A program made the position numbers and the translations under genes. From an uncultured Planctomycetaceae bacterium (GTDB lineage: Bacteria > Planctomycetota > Planctomycetia > Planctomycetales > Planctomycetaceae), in NCBI GenBank assembly GCA_963813715.1, contig CAWFAK010000005.1, forward strand, positions 224,001-288,000: a stretch of 64,000 bases of DNA, written 5' to 3'. Within the stretch, counting starts at the first letter, position 1. Every line of letters starts with the position of its first letter. The notes beneath the pieces are model-generated. The model saw only the letters and a program-made list of their open reading frames with translations, searched no databases and was not told the DNA's origin. This document shows, piece by piece, positions 31,046 through 41,625 of this stretch.

Positions 31046-33388
31046 ATGGCCGACATCGCCTTGCCCCTCTTGCCGCTGAAGAACTCGGTCCTCTTTCCCT
31101 TCGCACTGATGCCGCTGGCCGTCGGGCGACCGCAATCGCTGGCGTCGCTGGAGGCGGCCTCCAAGGGCGAGGAGAAGCTGGTCGCCGTCTTCACGCAGCG
31201 GAATGCCGAGATCGACGATCCCAAGCTCGAGGATCTGTCGCACTTCGGCACCAAGGCCGTCATCCGCCGAATGGGCCGCACCGACGGCGTCGTGCAGGCG
31301 CTGGTCCAGGGCCTCGAGCGGATCGAATTGGTCGGGCTCGACCTGTCGGCCACGCATCCCACCGCCACCGTCCGCTCGTCTCCGCTGCCGGCCGACACCA
31401 GTCCCGAGGCCGAAGGGCTCGAGCGCGAACTGATCGAGCTGGCCGCCGGCATTCAGGACCTCGTTGGGGCCGAGCCGCGGATCGACTTCGCCGAGCTGGC
31501 CTCGCAGCTCGATGAGCCGGGCCAGATCGTCTACCTGTTGGCGTCGATGATCGGCGTCGAGGCGACCAAGGCGCTCGCCATTCTCGAAGCGCCGACGCGG
31601 CTCGAAGCCATGCGGCTGTTGCACGAGGAACTGCTTCGCGAAAAACAGGTGGCCGAGGTTCGCCAGAAGATCAACAAGCAGGCCTCCAGCGAAATGAGCA
31701 AGGAGCAGCGCGAATACCTGCTCCGCCAGCAGCTCCGCGCCATCAACGAAGAGCTGGGCGAAAAAAGCCCCGAGCAGGCCGAAGTCGTCCAGCTCCGCCA
31801 GCGGCTCGACGAGATCAAGCTGCCCGACGAAGTGCGGCAAGAAGCCGAGCGCGAGCTGAAGCGGCTCGAGTCGACGCCCGCGGCAGCTCCCGATTTCCAG
31901 GTGACGCGGGGACATTTGGAACTGTTGATCGAGCTGCCTTGGTCGGAAATGACGATCGACAACCTCGACCTGGTCGCCGCCCGCCGCGTGCTCGACGAAG
32001 ACCACTACGGCCTCACCGACATCAAGGAGCGGATCCTCGAACACCTGGCCGTGATGAAACTCAATCCCGAGGCGCACGCGCCGATTTTGTGCTTCGTCGG
32101 CCCGCCCGGCGTCGGCAAAACGTCGCTCGGCCAGTCGATCGGCCCGGCGCTGGGCCGCAAGTTCGAGCGATTCAGCCTGGGCGGCCTGCACGACGAAGCC
32201 GAGCTGCGCGGACATCGTCGCACATACGTCGGCGCCATGCCCGGCCGCGTGTTGCAATCGCTCCGCCGCGCCAAGGTGAAGAACCCGCTGTTGATGTTGG
32301 ACGAAATCGACAAACTGGGCAGCGACTATCGCGGCGATCCGGCCGCCGCCCTGCTGGAGATTTTGGACCCGGCACAAAACTCGACCTTCCGCGACAACTA
32401 TCTCGACTTGCCCTTCGATCTCTCCCGCGTCTTCTTCATCACGACCGCCAACACGATCGACACCGTTCCGCGGCCCCTCTTGGACCGCATGGAGCTGATC
32501 CGCCTGACCGGCTACAGCGACGAAGAAAAACTCGAGATCGCCAAGCGTTACTTGCTGACCCGTCGCCGCAAGGAGGCGGGACTGTCGCCGGAGCAACTGG
32601 TCGTCCCCGACGAAACGATCCTGGCCATCACTCGCCGTTACACGCGCGAATCGGGCGTGCGCGAGCTGGAACGCACGCTCGGCCGGCTCGCCCGCAAGGT
32701 CGCCCTCCGCATCGCTCAGGGGGACGCCAGCCACGTGACCGTGCAGCCGGCCGACCTCAAAGCATTCCTCGGGCCGGAGCGCGTCTTCCAAGAGCAGGCT
32801 CGCAAAACGCTGCCGCCCGGCGTCGCCACGGGCCTGGCGTGGACGGAGACCGGCGGCGACGTCCTTTACGTCGAAGCTGTGCTCTTGCCCGAGAGCGACC
32901 ACAGCGATCGCTTCATGCTCACCGGTCAGCTCGGCCGCGTGATGCAAGAATCGGCCCACGCCGCGCGGAGTTATATTGTCTCCCACTTCGCTTCGTTGGG
33001 CATCGAGCCTTCGGCCGGCGGCGTGCACGTCCACGTGCCGGCCGGCGCCATCCCCAAAGACGGCCCATCTGCCGGCGTCACGATGGCCACGGCGCTCGCC
33101 TCGCTCTACTCCGGCCTGCCCGTCCGCAACGACACGGCCATGACGGGCGAAATCACGCTCACGGGAATGGTCCTGCCTGTCGGCGGCATCAAAGAAAAAG
33201 TCCTCGCCGCCCGCCGCGCCGGCCTCAAGTGCGTCATCCTCCCCAAAGACAACGCCCGCGACATCGGCGAACTGACCGAAGAAGTGCAAAAAAGCATGCG
33301 CTTCGAGTACGCCGAGCGCATCGAAGACGTGCTGGCGGTGGCCATTCCGCAACTGGCCGAACGCCTGGCGGCAGTGCCCGCCGAATAG
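31046..33388 (+). CDS. lon: Lon protease
   Basis: GPPGVGKTS, HRRTYVGAMPG, PKDGPSAG (Ser) and GGIKEK (Lys). Confidence 0.97.
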   Translation: MADIALPLLPLKNSVLFPFALMPLAVGRPQSLASLEAASKGEEKLVAVFTQRNAEIDDPKLEDLSHFGTKAVIRRMGRTDGVVQALVQGLERIELVGLDLSATHPTATVRSSPLPADTSPEAEGLERELIELAAGIQDLVGAEPRIDFAELASQLDEPGQIVYLLASMIGVEATKALAILEAPTRLEAMRLLHEELLREKQVAEVRQKINKQASSEMSKEQREYLLRQQLRAINEELGEKSPEQAEVVQLRQRLDEIKLPDEVRQEAERELKRLESTPAAAPDFQVTRGHLELLIELPWSEMTIDNLDLVAARRVLDEDHYGLTDIKERILEHLAVMKLNPEAHAPILCFVGPPGVGKTSLGQSIGPALGRKFERFSLGGLHDEAELRGHRRTYVGAMPGRVLQSLRRAKVKNPLLMLDEIDKLGSDYRGDPAAALLEILDPAQNSTFRDNYLDLPFDLSRVFFITTANTIDTVPRPLLDRMELIRLTGYSDEEKLEIAKRYLLTRRRKEAGLSPEQLVVPDETILAITRRYTRESGVRELERTLGRLARKVALRIAQGDASHVTVQPADLKAFLGPERVFQEQARKTLPPGVATGLAWTETGGDVLYVEAVLLPESDHSDRFMLTGQLGRVMQESAHAARSYIVSHFASLGIEPSAGGVHVHVPAGAIPKDGPSAGVTMATALASLYSGLPVRNDTAMTGEITLTGMVLPVGGIKEKVLAARRAGLKCVILPKDNARDIGELTEEVQKSMRFEYAERIEDVLAVAIPQLAERLAAVPAE

Positions 33389-33404
33389 CTTTGACAGCCC
33401 AATG

Positions 33405-33487
33405 GGGTGGCACTGGCGGCTTGTCCGCCAGTGTCTTCCGTCGCGTTCGCAAAGACCCCACTGGCGGACGAGCCGCCAGTGCCACCC
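33405..33487. repeat. REP-A doublet (REPIN)
   Basis: Inverted 29-bp REPs with a 25-bp spacer TCTTCCGTCGCGTTCGCAAAGACCC. Confidence 0.92.
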
Positions 33488-33593
33488 GACCGTTTCTGCC
33501 CGCAACGTCGAGCTCACGGCATCGATGGGATAGGGAGCTGGCGCCGGCGCGACTTTCTTTAGCCCGTTCGGGGCTTTCTGCACTCGCGCGAGA

Positions 33594-34232
33594 TCACTTC
33601 TGTCGCACCGTGTAGTAAGCGGCGAGCACGATCAGCGGCACGCAGATGGCCGGCAGCACGGCGATTTTCGCCAGGTGGGGCCAGTAGAAATCGCACTTAC
33701 GTGCGAGGTAATGGTCCATCGCCACGCACTGCACGCGAAAACTGCCGCTGGAATAAAGCGGAATGCCGAACAGGTAGAAGCAGTGCGTCCGGATCGTCGA
33801 TCCGCAGTCGGGGCAGCGCTCGCTTCGACCGACAAATCGGCCGCCGTTGACCTGATTGAGGGTCGTCAGGTCGAGCGGACTTTGATACTCGGAACTCGCG
33901 CGGAGGCAGGCGTCGCAGAAGTGATCCCGGTACTCGAATTCGCGCGCCCGCCAGCCAAACGCCGCGCAATAAATGAGCGTGCACAAGCCGAACGAGAACG
34001 GCCCGAGCAGCACCAGGGCGATGGCCCACGGGCGGCTCCCTTCATACTTTCGCCGAAAGGCATCGACGATGAAATAAATCATCCCGACGAGCGCCACGGC
34101 AAACAACGCCAGATTGCAGGTTCGACCGACCGTGCTGATATGCCAATCCTCCAGCACGGTGATGTGGCCGAACAGCGTCAGCGTGAAGTAGAGAAAATTG
34201 ACCAACACGATGACGAAGAACGTCGGCTTCAT
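33594..34232 (-). CDS. Membrane protein with CxxC motifs
   Basis: Three TM helices, FCDAC, RCPDCGS and a C-terminal TM. Confidence 0.7.
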   Translation of the reverse strand: MKPTFFVIVLVNFLYFTLTLFGHITVLEDWHISTVGRTCNLALFAVALVGMIYFIVDAFRRKYEGSRPWAIALVLLGPFSFGLCTLIYCAAFGWRAREFEYRDHFCDACLRASSEYQSPLDLTTLNQVNGGRFVGRSERCPDCGSTIRTHCFYLFGIPLYSSGSFRVQCVAMDHYLARKCDFYWPHLAKIAVLPAICVPLIVLAAYYTVRQK

Positions 34233-34364
34233 GCGGGCAATCGCAATGACGAGGTGAGTCGCGACAGGTGACGTCGAGGTCGAGCGGTTCCGTGCCGCGC
34301 AGAATAACCTCGCCATCGGCGGCAGACAAATTGAACCTCCAATGCGCGAAGCGGAATTTGCCTT

Positions 34365-34447
34365 GGGTGCCACTGGCGGGGGCCTTGGCCCGCTAGTGTT
34401 CTCGTCGCGCAAAGAGCCCACTGGCGGACGAGCCGCCAGTGCCACCC
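34365..34447. repeat. REP-A doublet (left copy degenerate)
   Basis: GGGTGCCACTGGCGGG...GCTAGTG / CACTGGCGGACGAGCCGCCAGTGCCACCC. Confidence 0.88.
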
Positions 34448-34542
34448 AACGCGCCAGTCTCACCCGACGCGTAGACAAATCCGCGTCCGCCTCGCGTCTA
34501 CTCTGAGGCCGTCTGGGCGACGAACATCGGCGGGGCGTGGCG

Positions 34543-35947
34543 ATGTCACCCGTGATTCGCATTGTGGCGTTCGAGTTTGCCGGCGGCGACGCCTTCTTCT
34601 GGGGACTCGCGCTGCTGACGGCCGCTGCGCTGGTCGGGCTCCTGCGCGACACTTCGCGCGTGCGCGCTTATTGCCGGCTGACGACGATTGGGGCGGTCAT
34701 CGTGCTTGCCGCCTCGGGAACACCATTGCCGCTCTGGTTCTACGGCATGGGGCTCACGCTGAGCGCGGTGACGCTCATCGCGCGGTGGGGGCGAACGAAT
34801 GACGCTGCCCGGGTGGCACTGGCGGCTCGTCCGCCAGTGGGCTTTGCGGGCGCGTCGGAAGACACTGGCGGACAAGCCGGACAAGCCGCCAGTGCCACCC
34901 AAAACCTCTCCCTAGGCACGCTGTCAGGTCTGCGCACCGCGCCGTTGTTTCGCGCTGCCGCTGTCACGCTTATCGGCTGGTGCGCGGTCGCCGCCGGTTG
35001 GGAATTCTCGTACCGGTTGCCGCCGCACTTCGACGCACAAATGTCCTACGAAACTCTCGTCGTCATCGCCGACTCTGTGAGTTCAGGTTTGAACGGTGTG
35101 GGCGAAGAGACGTGGCCCAAGCAATTCCGCGAACGGTATTTTGGCCGCGTGCTCGATAAATCCGCGCCGGGCGCCACCGCGCACTCCGCACTGAAGCAAG
35201 CCTCTGCCGCGAATCGCGAATTGGACAGCCGCCCGGCCCTCGTCCTGATCGAGATCGGCGGCAACGATTTCTTCGAGCTGATCCCGCCGGCACAGTTCGC
35301 CGCGGACCTCGAACGCCTGCTCACCGAGCTGGAGCGCCCCAACCGCCAACTCGTGATGCTCGAGCTGCCGCTGCCGCCGTTCTACAACGCCTACGGCCGC
35401 ATCCAACGCGACCTGGCGGCCCGCCATCACGTGCCGCTGATCTCCAAACGCGAATTCGCCGCCGTCATCTTCACCCCAAACGCGACGCTCGACACCGTGC
35501 ATCTCTCCAAAATCTGGACACAGCCTCTTCGCCGACATGGTTTGGCGGCACACCGCAACGATCTTCGGTTCGCCGGCCATCGATTCGATGACACTTTATT
35601 CGCTGACGCCTGAGCAAACCTCGACTGCGGACAATTTTGAGAGCTACGTGATTCTGGGAAAGGTTGAAATCGTCTCGCCCGAGGAGCGGACGGCTATTTT
35701 TGCCGCCGTGCAGCGCGGCATCGACCAGGGCCACACGCACGGAGCCTTCGGCTGCTTCGAGCCACACCACGGCGTCCGCCTGCGACGTAACGGCAAAACG
35801 TACGACTATGTCCTCTGCTTTCATTGTCTGAACGTCGACGAGTACGTCGATGACCATTACGTGACGGAAGAAACCATGGACGGGAGCGCGCAAGCCATCA
35901 TCGACAAGCACTTGAAGGCGGCAGGCATTCCGCAGTCCAAAGATTGA
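34543..35947 (+). CDS. Membrane-anchored GDSL/SGNH hydrolase, probably fused to a C-terminal domain (frameshift near 35510)
   Basis: ADSVSSG, EIGGND and DTVH; continues as GHSLFADMVW into ORF 35537..35947. Confidence 0.78.
34811..34900. repeat. REP-A doublet inserted in frame in the GDSL gene
   Basis: 90 bp; the second REP carries the duplication GGACAAGCC-GGACAAGCC. Confidence 0.92.
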
Positions 35948-36115
35948 TGTTCCTCAACCCCGCGCCTCGTCAGAAGACGAAGAGGAAGATAAGCACCCGA
36001 CAGCTTACGCTGTCGGCTCGCCAGGTCGTCTAACCCCGGCGAGCGTACCGCCGCGGCGGATCAGCCCGATGGTGCTTCGGCGCCGCTTCGCTCCGGGTTC
36101 GCTAAAATCAGCTGC

Positions 36116-37091
36116 ATGAAAGCCGCTTACATTGACGCACCCGGGCCTCCCGAGACCATCCATTTCGGCGACTTGCCGATGCCCGTCGCCGGGCCGGGTA
36201 AGGTTCTGGTCAAGGTGACCGCCGTCTGTGTCGATCCGATCGACGTCTACATTCGCTCCGGCACGTTCAAGATTCCGCTGCCGTCGCCGTTCATCATCGG
36301 CCGCGACCTGGCGGGCCGCGTGGAGCAGGTTGGGCCGGGGGTGACGAAGTTCAAACTCGGCGACCGCGTCTGGTGCAATAACCAGGGCTACGACGGTCGG
36401 CAGGGCACGTTCGCCGAGTATGCGGCGGTCGACGAGCGGCTGCTCTATCCGCTGCCGGCCGGCGTCGACGAGCATCAGGCCGTCGGCTTTGTGCACTCGG
36501 CGTTCACCGCGTGCCTCGGGCTCGAGCGGGCTCAGCCGCGGGCCGGGCAGACGCTGTTCGTGAACGGCGGAGCCGGCAACGTCGGCTCGGCCCTGATCCA
36601 GATGGCGGCGGGCGCGGGGCTGCGGGTGGCGGCGACGGCCGGCAATGCGGAAGGCCTCGACTGGTGCCGTTCGGTCGGAGCCGAGGCCGTCGCCAACTAC
36701 AAGACCGACGACGTCGACGCGGTGCTGAAGGCGTTCGCACCCGACGGTGTCGACATCTATTGGGACACGTCCGGCCAGCCCGACTTCGATTCAGCTCTCA
36801 ATCGACTGGCCACGGGCGGACGCATCATCGTGATGGCCGGCCTCAAAGCCCGCCCGCCGTTCCCCGTTGGCCCGTTCTACGTCAAAGGCTGCTCGATGCA
36901 CGGCTTCGCGATCACCCACGCCACCGACGCCGAGCTTTCGCATGAGCGCCGAGGCCATCGTCGGCTGGTTCGGCCAAGGCAAACTCCAAGTCCGCATCGA
37001 CCGCGTGCTCCCGTTGAGCGAAGCCGCAACCGCTCACAGGCTGGTCGAAGAGCGGGCCCCGATCGCCGGCAAGATCGTGCTCGTTCCCTGA
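36116..37091 (+). CDS. NADPH:quinone reductase (MDR family; frameshift near 36940)
   Basis: GRDLAG, NGGAGNVG and C-terminal AGKIVLVP. Confidence 0.9.
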
Positions 37092-37176
37092 GCCGACGCC
37101 GGACGACTGAAATCGGCAGATCGGTTTCACCACAAAGGCACGAAGGCACGAAGGAAAAAATCGCGTGGAATTTTCG

Positions 37177-37222
37177 TTGACACGTGAGTACAAACGTAGT
37201 AAGACTGTGATTACGTTTGTAA
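37177..37222 (+). promoter_or_regulatory. Promoter with two BlaI/CopY-type operators
   Basis: TTGACA at 37177; TACAAACGTA (37189-37198) and its reverse complement TACGTTTGTA (37212-37221), resembling TACA-N2-TGTA. Confidence 0.75.
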
Positions 37223-37236
37223 GCACGGAGTCATCG

Positions 37237-37629
37237 ATGGGACTGGCTGACAATATTTCCGACGCCGAGTGGACCGTGATGCAGGTCCTCTGGGACTTGA
37301 AGCAGGCGACGGCCGGCGAGGTGATCGAGCGGCTCGAAAGCTCGTCCGATTGGAATCACCGCACGATCCGCACGCTGATCCGGCGGCTGGTCGACAAGGG
37401 GCTCGTGCTGCACACGGTCGAGGGGCAACGGCACCTGTATCGCCCCGCGGCCAGCCGGCAATCGTGCGTCCGCGACGAGGGGCGTTCGTTCCTGACGCGA
37501 GTGTTTCAGGGCGACATGTCCTCCTTGTTGACGCACTTTGCCCGCGAGGCCGGGCTCAGCCGCGACAAGATCGACGAGCTGCGGAATCTGCTCGACGACG
37601 ACACGACCAAGGGGAAGGACCATGAGTGA
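37237..37629 (+). CDS. BlaI/MecI/CopY family repressor
   Basis: ISDAEWTVMQVLW and TIRTLIRRLVDKG. Confidence 0.93.
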   Translation: MGLADNISDAEWTVMQVLWDLKQATAGEVIERLESSSDWNHRTIRTLIRRLVDKGLVLHTVEGQRHLYRPAASRQSCVRDEGRSFLTRVFQGDMSSLLTHFAREAGLSRDKIDELRNLLDDDTTKGKDHE

Positions 37630-39696
37630 TACACTGACGGCCTTGGACGCGCTCGGGCGGCTGACGTGGCAGGCTTCGTGGCATGCGGCGGTGCTCGGCC
37701 TGCTGGTCCTGATCAGCTTGCGATTCCGTGCCGTGCGAGGCGCGCTGTCGCCCGGCTGGAGGAGCGCGCTGTGGCTATTGGTCTGCGTGCGGCTCGCGCT
37801 GCCGGTGGCCCCGGCGCTGCCGACCAGTATTCACAACCTTTATCGCGGTGCTGCGCCGGCCGTCAGTGTGGCAGCTTCCAGCGACCGGACTGCGGACGAC
37901 GCGTCGCGGCGATCGCCCTCGTCCGAGCGGCAACCGCCCCAGGAACCGGCGACGTTTCTTAACGTCCCGACCGAAGGGGCGACGCCGGTCGCAGCTGTGC
38001 CCGAGCCCGGCTGGAACATGAGGACGGCGTGGCCTGTCGCGCTATTTGTCTGGCTGGCGGGCTTGATGATGATCGGCACGCGCTACGTCTGGGGCGTCTG
38101 GCGGTTGCAGCGGCTGATTCGGTCATGCCCGGATGTCACCGACTGGGAGGTGTTGTATTTGGCCGACGAATGCCGTCGCGAGTGCAGCCTGGCCGCTCGC
38201 CCCGCGCTCAAACACGTGTCGGGAAAATTGGGGCCGACCGTCGCCGGCTTTCTGCGGCCCCAGTTGCTCCTGTCTGATGCGACGCTGCAAATGGATCGGC
38301 GATCGCTTGCGGTTCATTCTGCTGCACGAGATGCGACACATCCGCACAGGCGATTGCTTCATCGCCTGGCTGCTCCGCGGGCTGACGGCCGTCCATTGGT
38401 TCAACCCATTCAGCTGGCTGGCCGCCCGGTCGTGGCAGGCGGAGCGCGAGCTGGCCTGCGACGCCTGGGTTCTGCGACAAGCCGACGCCGACGAGCGGCG
38501 ACAATACGGTCACACGCTGTTGCGCAGTCCTCGAACAAACGTCGCCAGCCGACCTGGCCCTGTTCGCCACCGGCATGGCCTCCCGCCCGCGGCTGGTGGA
38601 GCAGAGAATTCGCGCGATGAAACGGCCGACGGTCCGTTCGCGCACGCGTCAGGTCGCCAGCATCGCCGTGTTGACCGGCCTGCTGCTGGTGGGCTTCACC
38701 GACGCGGTTCGCTCGCAGCCCGCGCCCGTCACCGATACGGCAAGCCAGCCGAACGCCCCGGCAGCGACCAAGCCGCCAGCAGCGTCTCGCCAGCCGAAGA
38801 ATCGCCGCAGGATCTACATCGTTCTGGCGGAGCATGTCATCCTGGTGCGCGATGCCGTGACGCAGAACGCTGACTTGAGCGAGTTTCGGATCGTGACGTG
38901 GGACCAACTGCTGCAGTTGTTGCGCGACGCGAGCAAGACCGCGCGGATCGTCCCGTGGATTTACGGCACGACTGGCGGCTTTAAGCAATTTGAGCCACGT
39001 GCGCTCGAGCTCACGAAGCTCGCCAAGGAACTCAAGGCGCCGACCTGGCTGCTCGCCTTCGCCCAATACGACGGGTCGCAGGTTTACGATGCGATCCGCG
39101 GGCCCGACGATCTCAAACCCGATCCGTCCCGCCTCCGCGAAGGGACCGTCCGCCTGGCGAACGGGCAGCCGGCCGTCGGCGCCACCGTCGTGATGCATGT
39201 CCGTCGCGAATTCGAGGGCCTGATTTACATCAACGGCAAGGAGCTAAGCGATTCGCTCGACGAAGTGTGGATGAAGACCGATGACCATGGACGGTTTCAT
39301 TTCTATCCGAAAACCGACGATTTCACCGTCGCCGCGCTGCATCCGACGGGATTCGGTCTGGCGACCGGAGTGCAGCTTGCAAAGGGGCAGGCGATCGCGC
39401 TGGCTCCGTGGGGCCAGATTGAGATGAAGGGTAATTCGGAGACGGGCATTTCGGCGACACGCACCGGTGAGGGCAAGAACCCGGTCAAGATTAACCTGCA
39501 AACGTTCAGCCACACGGGCAAGACCGTCCCCATGCCGGCCGGTCGCGTCTGGATCCAGCGACTGACCGAAAGCAAAATCACTGGCGACACACTGGTCGTC
39601 GTCGGCCCCGGCGAGACCAAAGCCGTCACCATCCAACCCCCGACGGCCGCCGAGCGAGCCAAGCCCGTCAAAGACGCGACGCCCAAGCCGCACTAA
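37622..39696 (+). CDS. M56 (BlaR1-like) metallopeptidase sensor (2 frameshifts)
   Basis: LWLLVCVRL, ILLHEMRH, HWFNP, ERELACD and EQRI; extracytoplasmic C-terminal domain. Confidence 0.88.
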
Positions 39697-39721
39697 CGGC
39701 TTGCGGAAAACGCAGGACTTG

Positions 39722-39832
39722 AACCACCAAGTCACCAAGAAATTAAGAAACGACGGCGGTTCCGATCGGCGATCCCAATCGCCGGGAATTTCGCCGGCTT
39801 TTGCTTGGTGTCCTTGGTGCCTTTGTGGTTCA
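39722..39832. repeat. Inverted short-unit repeat (ACCAAG/CTTGGT type)
   Basis: AACCACCAAGTCACCAAG ... CTTGGTGTCCTTGGTGCCTTTGTGGTT; related half-element at 37128-37154. Confidence 0.7.
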
Positions 39833-39906
39833 ATCTCTATTGATTCTCCGCATTTGATTCTGCTTCCCGTTCGCGTCCTGGCGTTCTCTTGAAAAGGCAT
39901 TCGCGC

Positions 39907-41619
39907 ATGAGCCTGTTCCGGAGTCGGTTGGTGGCTGTGTGGTTGATCGTGATCGCGGCTCTCGCATCGCGCGTTGCCGTCGCGGCTGACGACGCGAGCG
40001 TCAAAAAAACCACCGTCATGGTGCCGATGCACGACGGCGTGCGTCTGGCGACCGACATTTATCGGCCAGCCGGCGAGGTCAAGCCGTTGCCCGTGATTTT
40101 TTCGCGCGGGCCGTACGGCAAAAGCGGTGGGGCGGGGGCATTGAGCACGGCGGTGGCGGCCAAGTCCGCGTGCAAGCGGGGTTATGTCTTCGTCTCGCAG
40201 GATATGCGGGGCCGATTTGCTTCCGAGGGCAAAGACTGGGTCATCTTCCATAACGACGGCTGGGGCGAACGCCGCGACGGGCAGGATTCGCTCGAGTGGA
40301 TCGCGAAACAGCCCTGGTGCAACGGCGCGATCGGCACGACGGGCGGCTCGGCCCTGGGCATCACGCAAACGATGATGGCTCCCGGCGCCCCCGCCTGCCT
40401 CAAAGCCCAATTCATCGTCGTCGCATTCGACGACATGTATTCGCAAGGCTCCTACGAAGGGGGCGTGTGGCGGAAGTCGCTGATCGAGAACTGGGTGACG
40501 CTCACCGGCCTCGATCACAAGAACATCGACATCCCCATTCAGCACCCGCGACGCGACGCCTTTTGGGCCGAGACCGATGCGCGAGCCCACGCCGACCAGG
40601 TGAACGTGCCGGCCATTTTTCTGGGCGGCTGGTACGACATCTTCGAGCAGGGCACGCTCGACTCGTTCGTCACGATTCACAATCACGGCGGTCCGCTCGC
40701 CCGCGGCAAGTGCCGGCTGGTGATGGGGCCCTTCGGGCACGGCCCGTTCCTCGCCCTCAAATATCCGAAGAATTCGCAGCAGTTCCCGAAGGCCGGCGAT
40801 GCCGACCGCTTCTTCGATCACTATCTGAAGGGGATCGCCAACGGCGTCGAGCAGGATCGGCCCGTCCATTACTACGTGATGGGCGACCCGACCGATCCGC
40901 ACGCGCCGGGCAACGTCTGGCGAGCGGCCGACAACTGGCCGCCGCCGTCGCGGGCCACGCCATACTACTTTCACCAGGACGGCCGACTGAGCCCCGACCA
41001 CCCGGCCGCCGCCGACAAGGCGCGATCATATAAATACGACCCGGAAAAGCCGGTGCCGACGTTGGGCGGGCAGAACCTGTTTGGCGGGAAAGGCCCGGCC
41101 GACCTGCGGACGATCGAATCGCGGCCGGACGTTCTGGTCTTCACCACCGAGGTGTTAAAAGAGCCGGTCGAAGTGACGGGCCGCATCCGGGCCGAATTGG
41201 CCATTTCCTCCGACTGCCCCGACACCGATTTCGCCGCCCTGTTGACCGACGTCTATCCCGACGGCCGTTCGATGCTCGTCACCGACGGCATCCTGCGAGC
41301 CCGCTTCCGCAAGTCGTTCGAGAAAGAAGAATTCCTGAAGCCTGGCGAAACGAGCGAGCTGACGGTCGACCTGTGGAGCACGTCGCTGGTGTTCAACAAG
41401 GGCCACAAGATCCGCGTGCTGATCACGTCCTCCAATTCGCCGCGGTTCGAGCCGAATCCGAATACGGGCCACGAATTCCGCGCCGACAAAGAGACGCGCA
41501 TGGCGAACAACACAATTCACCTGTCGCCCGATCACGCCTCGAAGATCGTGCTGCCGATCCTGGACGAATCGACGCTGAAAGAATCGAATCGCCCGGTGGC
41601 GGCAGCGCCGGCCCGATAG
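39907..41619 (+). CDS. CocE/NonD family hydrolase
   Basis: MHDGVRLATDIY, QDMRGRFASEG, GGSALG, GGWYD and SSNSPRF. Confidence 0.92.
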   Translation: MSLFRSRLVAVWLIVIAALASRVAVAADDASVKKTTVMVPMHDGVRLATDIYRPAGEVKPLPVIFSRGPYGKSGGAGALSTAVAAKSACKRGYVFVSQDMRGRFASEGKDWVIFHNDGWGERRDGQDSLEWIAKQPWCNGAIGTTGGSALGITQTMMAPGAPACLKAQFIVVAFDDMYSQGSYEGGVWRKSLIENWVTLTGLDHKNIDIPIQHPRRDAFWAETDARAHADQVNVPAIFLGGWYDIFEQGTLDSFVTIHNHGGPLARGKCRLVMGPFGHGPFLALKYPKNSQQFPKAGDADRFFDHYLKGIANGVEQDRPVHYYVMGDPTDPHAPGNVWRAADNWPPPSRATPYYFHQDGRLSPDHPAAADKARSYKYDPEKPVPTLGGQNLFGGKGPADLRTIESRPDVLVFTTEVLKEPVEVTGRIRAELAISSDCPDTDFAALLTDVYPDGRSMLVTDGILRARFRKSFEKEEFLKPGETSELTVDLWSTSLVFNKGHKIRVLITSSNSPRFEPNPNTGHEFRADKETRMANNTIHLSPDHASKIVLPILDESTLKESNRPVAAAPAR

Positions 41620-41625
41620 CCGGTC

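Noticed and set aside
30953..33583. Long antisense ORFs (also 836-2569, 8938-10680, 14574-16940, 57133-58893)
   Set aside because: Shadow ORFs of high-GC genes on the opposite strand, with no recognisable motifs.
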